DNA of 61,738 nt, counting the filler, from Porpidia crustulata (Eukaryota): assembly GCA_964255105.1 (NCBI GenBank). It is 5 parts of 5 records of this genome, joined end to end, with 100 filler letters (N's around TTAATTAATTAA, not from the genome) between each part and the next. Parts side by side here need not be neighbours in the genome. Positions count along the whole stretch, not along the records: positions 49,497 to 61,738 come from CAXUWE010000555.1; 4 more parts are not named here. One strand, 5' to 3'. Below the pieces are notes generated by a model that was not told the DNA's origin, did not search any database, and was given only the letters and a program-made list of their open reading frames with translations. Of the stretch, positions 50,480 to 61,738 are shown piece after piece (the first letter of the stretch is position 1; each line of letters begins with the position of its first letter). A program made the position numbers and the translations under genes.

Positions 50480-51305
50480 CGGAATTAGAGCTTCGTAGTA
50501 AGGTAAATGAATCACGGTGAAGACTAGACGGTAGCTACTAGATGGATCTAGCGCAGTTGAAGATGGATGTAATTTTGTTATGCCGTCACAAGTACGGAGT
50601 ATGTACAAAGTTAATTACAATCAACGCTCCGTGACACATAGGAGAAGAATGAAAAGGTTCATTGGAATTATCAAGCTCATCTATGATTGATGTGGGGAGG
50701 TTGGGCTTGCGGTTCAGTTACCTAAGACGCCTAGATTAAGAATGGCTGGGAGCCGGTCACGTGCTCGCTCAACCCTGCCATCGGTACTATCAAAGCCTCC
50801 TTCATCACTTGTATTGAAACATAGCTTTCATGGAGAAGAGTAATGAGCTCCTTGACTTCAACTGGACTTAGTATACCTTGTTGTTCAGATACTCATCAGA
50901 TCAGATCCAGCACTGCACTCGACATTAAGGATACCGCTCGCTGTCAACCTTGAATGTTGGATCTGCTTAAGGTCGCAATGTCAAGATCAATACACGTTTG
51001 CGGTAAAGTGCTAAGATTTTAAGAATTCCATAGCTTGCATAGATGACTATAAGCCCTAGTAGGGACATCTTTAACATTGCCGAAAGCAAGAAAGACCCCG
51101 TGTCGGAATCTTCTGTTGAGCTAACACCGTACGCCCTCGCTTGGAACTAGCAGTAGTCGCGGAAAGACGCCCAGTAAGCAGATGCTAATACAGATCCGAG
51201 GAGCATGACTTGGACCGAAACTCAATTTGTGAAGATGGCGGGAAGCCAGGATGTACGCGTCGACGGCGAGGTTGCTAAATCGTTCAGCTCCTGCAAGCAA
51301 TATCC

Positions 51306-54300
51306 TCAGCCTATGAGCTTACCTTCTTCCTTGGCTTTCGTCTCGCTCTCGACACTCAGCTGCTCTGATGTTTCAGAGTTCTCCGAACCTTGAATGACTG
51401 CGCTCTCATCCTCCGCAATAGTGGTTTCCATCTGCTCCATCGTAGCTGGTCCCCCTTCCACGCCTTTGCCCTTGCTTATCAAGTACTCCTGCTGCTTCTC
51501 CCACGCCTCGCGCCGGTTCTTGTCGTCCTTTGCTTTTCTCAATCTCTCTGCCTCTTCAACCCCTCCACTCTTCTTTAATTTTCCCTCCTCCACGAAATTT
51601 CCGAGCTCTTTTGTGAATTCACCTTCGCGACGGGTCTCAAGCTCTTTCTGCCTCGCCTTCTCAGCACGTTCGATTGCTTCCAATCTGGTTTCGTGGTTGG
51701 GCCGCAAAGCTCGGACCTCTCCAAGCACACCGTCTTTGGCCTTTATTGGATCGATTTCATGGTCCGTGGCGATGGCGTTCAAGCCTTTAGAAGCAGCACG
51801 CAAACTCGCAGGGCCACCTTGACCTGATTGAAGATTCTGCTGTTTTGTTGCTTGTTCGACTAGAGCAAATGTTTGCGTGGCCTTTTCTAGGTCATCCTCA
51901 AGATCTGTGGCCAACTCCTCTTGCATTGTAAGGAGATCCCTGTCAGTGCAGACCAGCTCGAGTTCTTTCTCCCAGATTTTCGTCCAGACAGGCTTTTCCC
52001 GTTTGAGATACTCCTGCATTTTCTTCAATTCCGCAGTTGCAGCACTAATGTTTTTGCTGACAGTTTCTAGCTGGCGTGGTAGGGGCCGTACACCACGTGT
52101 TACCACATCTTTCCGCAAGTCCTCAACGATATCTTGAAGGTCATCGACGCGGTTGACAATCTTCTCGGAGTCCTCGGCAAGGGTCTTCTTACCAGCGTTG
52201 ACGTATGCTCGGCCAGTAGAACTATCCAGGGGTGGAATGACGCCTTCAATTGCCATTGTCTTGATTGAAGATGCATTAGTGCGAACAGAAGCCACGGAGC
52301 TGTTCATCTCCGATACCAAGGATGAGACTGTCTGGCGTAGGATCGATAGATCTTGTCGTAGTGACTGCACGCCCGAGAACTGACTCGCTTTATCCTTGGA
52401 AATGAGGGATGGTCTAGGACGAACTCCATTGACCTGTGGCCTTTCGAAAGAAGAGACACGACTGGCTGATGGAGTAGAAGTAGTAGCAATACGTGCAATC
52501 TCCTTCTTTGTGTCTTGCTGGTGATCCGAAACTCGCTGTATGACCATCTGCTGACCATCAACAACCGTCCGAACGCCTTCCACCATGCGGCGAAGTCCTC
52601 CAAGCCCCTCATCAATATGCCTTTTCACTTCATCTAACACCTCGACGTTCAGCACCAAAACAGATCGGTCCTTCACGTCTCGCAAGTCTTCTAACTCGTG
52701 GCGTACCCCTGATACTGGGTCTTGTATATAGATCTCTGGCAAATCATTTCCGTTGCTATGCGTGTTCCATGCAAACTTTTCAATGAACGCCAACTGAAGT
52801 CTCGCAATCGAGAGATCGGCTGCTCCATCCTGAAGTTGGAACTTTTTAATTTTCGACTTGTATTGCAGGAACAATGTCAGCTCTTTTCCTGGTTGTGGAG
52901 AGTCCTCTGGTATAAATTGCTGAGTCTCTGGCGAAGCTGACGACGTAGGAACTTGACCGTCGTTCACGGATGTGGAAGCTCCTCGATCCTCAATGATCTC
53001 TTTCCTAGGCTGTTTACTCGATACAGGTGTAAGTCCCTCACTCTCGTCATACATTGGAATGGCCTCGAAGTGGTCTGAAGGCCCACTCAACGTAGCACTT
53101 AGGTTCGGATGATTGTCGGCAGAGCTAGGTATAGCCTCCCCAACTTGATCTTGCGGTATCTTCGCAAGTGGACTGTTATCTTGAAGCGTCTCAAGTGCCG
53201 CTTTGCTACTTTGATCACTTTCTTCCGATATCCGCTGGGCAAAGGTTTGATTTCTGACAGGTGAGGAATCTGTATTTTTATTGGCAGATCTTTGCCTGCT
53301 ATGCAATCCAGAGCCTCGTACTCGTACCGCATTCATCGACTCTCGAACATCTCGACCTCGATTTGGAATCGGCGAATTTTGAGCCGGTGGTAGCATTGGA
53401 ACACCATTGGGGGGAGCTCCTAGATGCTTCGATATCTGGTAAGCCGAATATCTTCTTGAAGCACGTCTTTCAAGATCCCCTCCTCGCTGCAGCGCGGCCA
53501 AAGCATCCTGTTGTTTTGGAGGGGGGGGAGGCGGTGGATGGTACGACGCACTATCCCGCTGCGATAGTGCTCGCTGTTCTGGCAAAGCAACTGGCTCATA
53601 ATGTGGTGGTATGGCTGGAGCGGCTTGAGACGGACCACTTGAGAAAGAAGAGCCTGAAGGAGACATTGGAATTGACCGTTGACTCTCTCGGTTCGACGTC
53701 CGATTGTTCGAGTCTATCTGCATACCTCCACTATTTTGCCGTGTAGGAAGGGTGCTGGCGAAACGTGAGAGTAGCCCTGACTCCTCCCCAAAGTTGGTCT
53801 CCTCGCCGATTCCATCTCCGATCAATGTACTCCCACCGCTCCCGGTACGCCGTTCGGACGGTCGATGAGCCGATTTTCTGGAAGGGACATCTTCTAGCAT
53901 TTGGGTTAATCCAGTATTCAGGCTGGTAGAGCTAGCAGCACTGGTAAGATTTGTAGTGGAGGCATTGTCTTTAACCTGCTTTGATCTTAATCGTTGCTGC
54001 TTTCTTTTGAGGCCGTGCAGGAGAGTAATGATGATATCCCGTATTCGCGGCAGAAACTTATCCAGACTCGCTGAGCTAGCCTCTTGACTAAGAGTTTCCT
54101 CCAGTATGGCTCGTAGCAATTCTGGCACCGGCCCAAGGTCGGTTGTTTCGACGCCAATCTGGTTGAAGGCTCTGCAAGCAATGTTGAATTCATAGCCGAG
54201 ACGGACATAAACATCTGAGACCTCGCCCTCCGTAGCAGTATGGCGAGACCATTGTGTGAGCGTTTCGAGAAGTTGTTTAGTGGCTATCAGAAGATGCGTT

Positions 54301-54577
54301 ACACTTTTCTCTATCTGTGACAATTGCTGTGATGGCTTGAGGATACATGCCCGTTAGCAGAGTGCCTTTGTACGTGATTTGGGGAGACGCTTCGGTACGT
54401 GACACTTACATTCTGTCGCCGATATGTTGATGATCTCGCAGAGCCCGAGGAGCTGCGAGGCCCGGGGGCATTTTGAGACGAGCTGCCACTTACTGCCGCT
54501 GCTTGGGAGGGGTTGGGCATATCAGCGGCCGGTGACCTTCTCTGAGCTACACGCTGAGAGTTGGACAGAGCTTGCAT
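51306..54577 (-). CDS. bud6: Actin-interacting polarisome protein Bud6/Aip3 (~1065 aa)
   Basis: ATG 54577; intron 54336-54409 (alternative in-frame acceptor at 54327). IEKSVTHLLIATKQLLETLTQWSR, LFLQY, PEIYIQDP, VDDLQDIVEDLRKDVVTRGVRP, EKPVWTKIWEKEL, RLEAIERAEK. Confidence 0.95.
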
Positions 54578-55315
54578 GATTCCCACAGCTGGCAAGATAT
54601 GGGGCGTCGAGGCTATCAGAACATCGTGTTGTTACTGATCAGAAGCTGAAGAACGAGCATAATAACGCAGCATAATACGAGATACATGCGGTAGAGTCTC
54701 GCTTCCGGATTAGCGCGGTATACTATCGGAAAAAATATACAGCACTAAGGCTTGTATCAATGTATTAATGGGAATCTACCCAATCGTTCTTCACAAGTTG
54801 TTCTTACTCTCCCCATCTGTCAATTGATGTAATTAGGTACGCCATGCTCTGTTAATTATCGTATGATGATTGGCAATATACCTCTCTTGGGATATTGCAT
54901 TACTTACTATCTGCAGCCTAAGCGTTAAAGCCCACCATACTGCTCTACGAGTACCTACGTACGGCACACTAACCCATCGATTAAGAACCAATTTTGTGAC
55001 TTTTCGCACACCGGCTTGGTGAAAACTCGGAGCTAGCGGGCCCCAGAACGCCCGGCGGCTTAAACCCTGAAAGTACCGACTTGATTTGGTAAAGCCCCCG
55101 CTGGGTTTTAGTGCCTGCTCGAAACATTCGACGACTCTTGCTCTAACTCTCTTCCCAAGTTTCTCCCTGCGGTCTTCCGCACTCTTCCTCCAGAGCTTCA
55201 AACGCTACCTCAGATTCCAATTAGGGCTATTTGATAGGTAGTTCGACGGCACACAGTCTCAACCGCAGCTCGGCCCGTCCGTGGGTTGAACGGCGGGACA
55301 CGAACGCTCGCAGTC

Positions 55316-58300
55316 ATGGCCACAACAATGATTAACGGAGCTACGAGCGCTGATGGCAATGCCTCAAACTCTGCGACATCTAGCAATCCTGCAAGACAGC
55401 AACAAAAACCGAACAATTTCGCAAATAAAAATGCCGAAAGTAACCGAAAGCAAGCTGGTATTCCTAGTGATGGAGGTCAAAGGTAAGCAATCTTTCTCTT
55501 AAAGTCGACCTGTGAATTTTGCTTCACTTTTCTGTCTCTCTCGCTGCGCCTCCCGTGATTCATGCCGCCCCTTCTCCTACTCACATGTGCCACGGTGCAA
55601 TTGATTTCGTAATTATTCTACTTCTGTCGAGATAATCCCACAATCCTTGCCTTCCTCTCCAGCAAGACATAAGTCAATACAAAGCTCATGAGACTGGTGC
55701 ACTGAGCATATATGACTAATACGACTGGCTCTTTGCAACAGAAGGAACCCTCCTCAGAAAGCCTGGACCTCGGGCATGAACCCGATCACCCAACGTTCCA
55801 CCACACCGGCCCTGCAGAACGGCTCTGGACCTCAGACAAAGCCTGCCTCACAAAAAGCTACGATCAATCAAGACATGAGTTCTTCAGATAGATTGGCCAA
55901 TGATAGGCTTCTATTCCTACTAGGAAACCTTATAGTAAGCCAATTGCAGTTTAATAGTCTCGCCAATATTAATCTTGCTATCATCGTAGGGACTTCAATT
56001 ATTGGTTACTATCAAAAACGGTGACGTTTTCTCTGGGACATTTTTTGGCGCAGATATGGAGAACCACGAGCCGACCTACCTACTTAAGATGGTTCAACAA
56101 GTCAGATCGAGTAACAAAGGCGAAAACAATGGATCTCAAGATTCCTTGGGGGAGTACATGGGAATTGGGGAGGAGCATTCGATGTCTTTCGATATAAAGG
56201 AGGTTGCCAGCCTAGCTGTGGATGATGTTACTTTCGATCATCGTGAGAAGACCCAAAACGGTAGGTGGCCCTAGTCCATGCTTTGCTTTATTACGACTCA
56301 TCTTAGCTGTAGGATCAAGCATCGGATTCCGCACCGATACCGATATATCGGGAAACAACGCTGTCAGGGAGCGTAACCTCCAACGATGGGAGCCTGCAGC
56401 GGAGAGTGATGTCGACCTTTCTCTAGAGCGGTCAGACGGAGCATGGGACCAATTCCAGGCCAACGAACAGAAGTTTGGTCTGAGGACTGATTATGATGAG
56501 AATATCTACACGACGAGGATCGATAAATCAAGTCCGCGTTACCGCCAACAGGAAGTAGAGGCCGCACGCATCGCACGTGAAATAGAGGGAACATCAGCTG
56601 AGAATTCTCACGTGAGAGAAGAGCGAGGCCTTAGGAACGAAGATGAGGAGCTCAACGAAGAGGACAAGTAAGGCTTCATGAGGTCCGGCCTGATCAGGAC
56701 TAATTGTGAGCAGATACAGTGGTGTCCGCCGCCAAGGAATAGAGTATCCACCGCTACAATCTAGCCAGCCGAACAAGTACATGCCGCCAGCCCGCCGTCT
56801 TCCGACCGGCAAGCCAACTGTCCCTGGCGCCCCCGTAGATTCTGCCATTATATCTTCTCAGATTGCTCGTCCAGATACTGGCTCCCAAGAGCGTCGGAAA
56901 GCGGCCGTGAACAAGGGAGAGAACGAAGCAAGCCCATCACTCACAAAGGAGAATTTTCAGGCAGAAGCTACGAAGGATACTCCGAGTAGCACACCAAATA
57001 AGGATGTAGTTGCAAATAATCTGCGTCTGTCCGGATCTTCAAAGCCAACAATTCCTGCCGCTTCTGCTACAGCTAATGTAGAGACCGATGTACTCGACTC
57101 GTTCCGTCAATTCGCGAATATTGAGAAAATGAGAGTTTCAGACCATCGCCGTCAGCGTGTCACTCAAGACAAAGCAATCAAGCTTAACGACCTCATGAAA
57201 TTTTCCAAAAATTTCACTCTTAAAACCCCAGTCCCTAAAGACCTAGTACCCATCCTAGCAAAAGATAAGCTCAAGCAAGAAGAGATCATGGAGAAAGCAC
57301 AGCGAAACGCAGAGAAGAACGCAGTGACAGCTCCAAAGGTTGGCCCCGCTGACCCAGGCACTGCAACATCGCGAAATGAGGCTGGCAATTCCAACACAAG
57401 TGAGCGCTTGGAATTCCCAAATGGTCGTCAGGCCAATCTACCTCAAGGCCCACAAGCGGGGTCTAGAGAGAGGCAACACAACAGCAATATGCCTCTCACT
57501 TCCCCTAAATCCGGCGGCCAAGGTCTACTTAGCCATCGTCTTGCAGATAGTCACCGGCAGCACAAAGCTGGAATGCCTGTATCTGTGCCGAACCCGATAC
57601 CCATCCATACTATTCCAAGGAACCCCACCATACGGCCCATAGGTAATCCGCCTACGATGTCCGATTCACAAACGTCGAGTGCATTGCGGACTCCAACTTC
57701 TGCTACCTCGGCAAACAAGTTTAACGTCAGAGCCCCAGACTTTCGACCAAACCCGGCCGCGAATGCATTTAAGCCGATTGCAAATCCAAGCGTGGCATCA
57801 AGCCCTGTGTCTGGGACTCCAAACGCTCGTCCGGCCTCGCGCGCGCTTAGTCCGAGCGCTTTCTTCGGAAGCAAAAAGCCATTGCCACCTGGAGAGAGGC
57901 CATCTATGTCGGAGAACTTCAATCCATTGAAGCGTCTCAAAGAAATAGCATACAATGATGGTAAAGCAGACGATCTAGCTTCGAATGGTGGTATCCGATA
58001 TGCTTACCAAACCCCACCCACCTGGAAAGCACCTGCCGCCGGCGAGGAAGAGAATACGATATCTTACAAAGACATGTTCGAAGATGTAACTTCGTCCTCC
58101 AATAGAGTTTCTCCTCTACCAAATTCTCCCATACCACCGCCGTTGCCTCACCAGCACCAATTGCCACTCCATCTACAGCATGGATCTCATTCGATACCAC
58201 ACATACATACCCCTCCACAGATACCGTATCAAGTGCAACCACAACATCATCATTATCCTGCTGGATCGCATCAATTTAATGATCATATGCACCTACCTGC

Positions 58301-59060
58301 AGCTTCTTCATCTGCTTATCAGTCGCCCAGAATGCAGCACAGCCATATGGCTTACAATTCTCCCATGCCTCAGCAAGCTCAACTCGCTTATGGGCAGCCA
58401 GTAGCTTCATTCGCTATGGGCCCTGCTGGGCCGCAACCTGCTCAATTCCGACCATTTCCTGGCCCTCAGATGGTTCAAGCTCCGGGACCCCAGCTGCCAA
58501 GTGCTCCAATGATGGTCCATCATTCGTCGCAGGGCGGATACGGACCACCACATGGAATGCCAATGGCCTTTTCACAAATGCCGGTATACATCCCTGGACA
58601 GCATCCATCATACAATGGACAGTCACAACCTCCCAGTGGATATCCGAGTCCTAGTCGAGGAGGAGCTCCTATGATGCATCAAGGCTCGCATCAAGGTTCG
58701 CATCAAGGCTCGCACCAAGGGCAGCATCAAGGGCAGCATCCACAAGTCTACGTAAATGCGGGCCAATATGCCCAGCCAGTTTACGCTCAACAACCACCGC
58801 CGCACCGTAAGTTCCAACAATATGCCAAGAAGAACAAGTCAAACGCTGACGCTCATCAAGTTATGCCGATGCGAACAGGCTACCCCTCCCCACAGCCACA
58901 CTACAACCAAAGCCCGCAGCAGCACTATCAGTATGCTCAGTCCCAACGCATGCCCAGTAATAATTACGGGCCACCTCCTCAAGGGACTCATCATCCCATG
59001 CCGGCACAGCATGCTCCTCCTCCCGCTGCGCCTAATGAGAACGGCGAAGATGGCAAATAA
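55316..59060 (+). CDS. pbp1: Pbp1/ataxin-2 homolog (Lsm, LsmAD, PAM2-like, prion-like C-terminus) (~1092 aa)
   Basis: Introns 55483-55741, 55935-55989, 56261-56312, 56668-56713, 58807-58860. FRTDTDISG, ERNLQRW, WDQFQANEQKFGLRTDYDENIYTTRID, EEDKYSGVRR, FNVRAPDFRP; Q/P/H/G/Y-rich tail. Confidence 0.93.
58677..58739 (+). repeat. Coding 12-nt repeat x5 (HQGS/HQGQ) in the Pbp1 low-complexity domain
   Basis: CATCAAGGCTCG CATCAAGGTTCG CATCAAGGCTCG CACCAAGGGCAG CATCAAGGGCAG CAT. Confidence 0.9.
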
Positions 59061-60091
59061 AGGCTGGCTCAACGTATTCGCGGATTTTCAAGGTCGCCAT
59101 GAGCTGACCTACACGGCTCTCCGCTACGTGTGCGATGTAAGAAATGCGCAGCGCTCTCTTCAACAGTTGCTTCCGACGCGCAGTAAGACATTCCGTACAC
59201 CATTCATTTACCTGTAATCGGATTTAGCGGCATATCATACCCCCGCGGTGGCATGGCATCAGCAACCGGCGTTTCAACGATCTAGCAAACAGTCCACCAG
59301 CCGTCAGGGGCGCCGACTGAGCCGAACCGTCAGCAGAGAGGACATCTGCTTGACGGTGGAATTGGTAGGATGACTGGTGTTGGATTCGACTCAGGAGAGT
59401 GGGAGTTTCGATGAATCAAGAGGGCGGTGCAATGGAAGCGAGTAAAGTAGGCAGACGTTAGGCGATCTGGGGAAGTAAAGGGGAGTAGACAAGATATGCT
59501 TTAGCTGGTAGCAGTAGGCCAATCTAGCATTTAAGTATGAATCCCATCATCATCGCTCCTACTGAGCTCTCCATTACCACGCTATGATTGATCGATGGCA
59601 CTACTAAGGAGTCGAGTGAGTCTATGAGTGGAGTGATGGTGATGCATGACATCACAGACGGATCAGAGAGGCAAGATTAAGCCGACGCGCTCTTACCTTA
59701 AGGCCGAGTGCCTCGGCTAATAGTTTTTCAAGGGAAATCGGTCTTAACATTCTGGCGTCCGAACACAATACGTAGTAAGCTTACAATCGGATACAAGGTG
59801 TCCGAGTGATATACGAGTAGTAGTAGAGAGTGCTTGAGGCGGAAAAAACTTCATACATGAAAATGATGGAACACGGCATCTCTAAGACATCAGCTAATCA
59901 CATCCAGTTACCCTCACACGCTTGCCTCGGGGCTTCTCCAGGGTCCATCTCCAATTATACTCGTCCGCCCTCGCCGAGGAGCCGATGAAAAGTATATATC
60001 AAAATAAATGTCGCACTTTCAGTTTCATCCATTGAGCATCCTGCTATCGTTTTAACATTAGGAAAATATCAGGATACCCAAACTGTAGTGA

Positions 60092-61688
60092 ATGACCATG
60101 GATATTGTCGATCGTGACCTCGAAAAGGCCGAACGATCTGCCTCTCCCAATCGATTCCCAGAATCAAAGGAAGATGACTTACACAGACATGAGACGACTG
60201 CTTCAAATGCAACGAGCTCGTCGGAATCGTCGGCGTCGGTTGTCAGAGAGGAGATGGGAATGTCAAGAATCGATACGCAAAGAGATCTCGAGCGTCACCC
60301 TACACATCTAAGCCGTATAGCGACAGAGCGCTCCCAGCACAGCGGTACAGTAGGACGGAGTTTGACGTCGCGAAGTTCCAAGAAACCGCTGCCCCCGTTT
60401 GGCGCAGGAAAGCCGTATCCGCCTCTTCTGCCAGAGCGCGAGGAATATGTGGTTCAATTTGATGGTCCAGATGACCCACTACATCCGCAGAACTGGTCTC
60501 TCAAGAAGAAGTGAGCCAGAGGATACCTCATTTTGTGCCATTGGCGTCTACTGACACATCTATCAGGATTCTCATTGCCACTGTACTGGGCTATACGACC
60601 CTGGTGTCGGCGTTCACCAGTAGTATCTTCTCAGCTGTCACCTTGGCTGTCGCAAAACAATTTGGCGTTTCAACCGAAGTCGGCGTGCTTGGCATCTCTC
60701 TCTACGTCCTCGGTTTCGCAACGGGGCCTATACTATGGGCACCTCTTTCGGAATTGCGGGGCAGAAAGCTTCCCATCCTCCTATCCATGTTCGGCTTTTC
60801 CATCTTTCAGGTTGGCGCCGCCACGGCCAAAGACCTCCAGACCGTCCTCCTCTGCCGCTTCTTTGGTGGTCTCTTCGGCGCCTGCCCCCTAGCAGTCGTC
60901 GCCGCTGTGTTCTCAGACATGTTTGACAACCGCACCCGTGGTCTCGCGATCACCGTCTTCTCCATGACCGTCTTTACCGGACCGCTCCTCGCTCCCTTCA
61001 TTGGCGGGTTCATCATCATGAACCCCCATATGGGCTGGCGCTGGACAGAATATCTTGTCGCAATCATGGGCTTCGTCGCTTTGGGCCTTGACCTGCTGTT
61101 CCTCGAAGAAACATACCCTCCCGTGGTCCTCGTCGAAAAGGCCGCCGAGCTCCGGCGCAGAACGAAGAATTGGGGCATCCATGCGAAACAAGAGGAAATC
61201 GAGGTGGACTTTCGGGAACTCGTCACCAAGAACTTCAGTCGTCCTTTGCGATTACTCGTCACGGAGCCCATTGTGCTGCTGCTAAGTATCTACATGGCTT
61301 TCATCTACGGCCTGCTCTACCTCTTCCTCACCGCCTACCCCATCGTCTTCCAGCAAATCCATCATATGAACCCCGGTGTCGGCGGTCTACCGTACTTTGG
61401 CATGATCATCGGCATGCTACTCGCTGGGTTATACATCGTGCTTACGCAGCCCTCGTACAACAAGAAACTCGCAGCAAATGATGACGTCCCGATCCCGGAA
61501 TGGCGTTTACCTCCAGTGATTGTAGGCGGTATCTCGTTCACCCTGGGATTGTTCTGGTTCGGATGGTCCGGTTACAAACAGAGTATCCACTGGATCGTCC
61601 CAACGCTTTCCGGCCTGCTGACCGGCTTCGGTCTCCTCTCCATCTTCCTACAAGCGCTCAACTACCTCGTCGACGCTTATCTCATGTT
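60092..61688 (+). CDS. MFS DHA1 (12-TM) drug/polyamine:H+ antiporter, Tpo1-like, 3'-truncated
   Basis: ATG 60092; intron 60511-60566; next donor GTAAGT at 61689. [49 protein letters not shown]. Confidence 0.92.
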
Positions 61689-61738
61689 GTAAGTATCCCC
61701 CCCCTCCCCCTTTTTTCAATCCCATCAATCTAATACCC

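Noticed and set aside
55483..55741. Intronic snoRNA in the unusually long pbp1 intron 1
   Set aside because: No good C box (RTGATGA) paired with a D box and terminal stem was found.

Overview
Eukaryotic DNA from a filamentous ascomycete (Pezizomycotina; possibly a lichen-forming Lecanoromycete, which is inference only). Genes carry short GT-AG introns with CTRAY branch points, so the supplied ORF track (TTG/GTG starts, no splicing) fragments them. I rebuilt the spliced models by hand, and all complete models give lengths divisible by 3. The window is not one locus. It is five contigs (12294, 12292, 12261, 12249, 12242 bp, in descending size) joined by artificial N44-TTAATTAATTAA-N44 linkers, so adjacency across linkers is meaningless. 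Contig 1: acidic Ifh1/Crf1-like protein, Mad1-type CFEM adhesin, conserved membrane protein, truncated HxxxDG acyltransferase. Contig 2: MATE-like transporter, PY-motif single-pass protein, conserved unknown protein, run of small secreted proteins. Contig 3 (accessory-like): DHA2 MFS pump, two membrane proteins, RNase T1 with an apparent stop-loss extension, a fucose-lectin-like membrane gene with four Gln-to-stop (RIP-type) lesions and a 128-bp duplication absorbed into an intron, and an LTR-like element. Contig 4: large disordered protein, glucosidase II beta, Rtf2, intronless membrane protein, asymmetrically C-to-T mutated tandem duplication. Contig 5: Cys-rich secreted protein, Bud6, Pbp1/ataxin-2, DHA1 MFS. 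No rRNA, tRNA or CRISPR was recognised. I cannot demonstrate a clearly new system. The best leads are the contig-3 lectin/LTR/RIP locus, the Ifh1-like candidate and the extended RNase.
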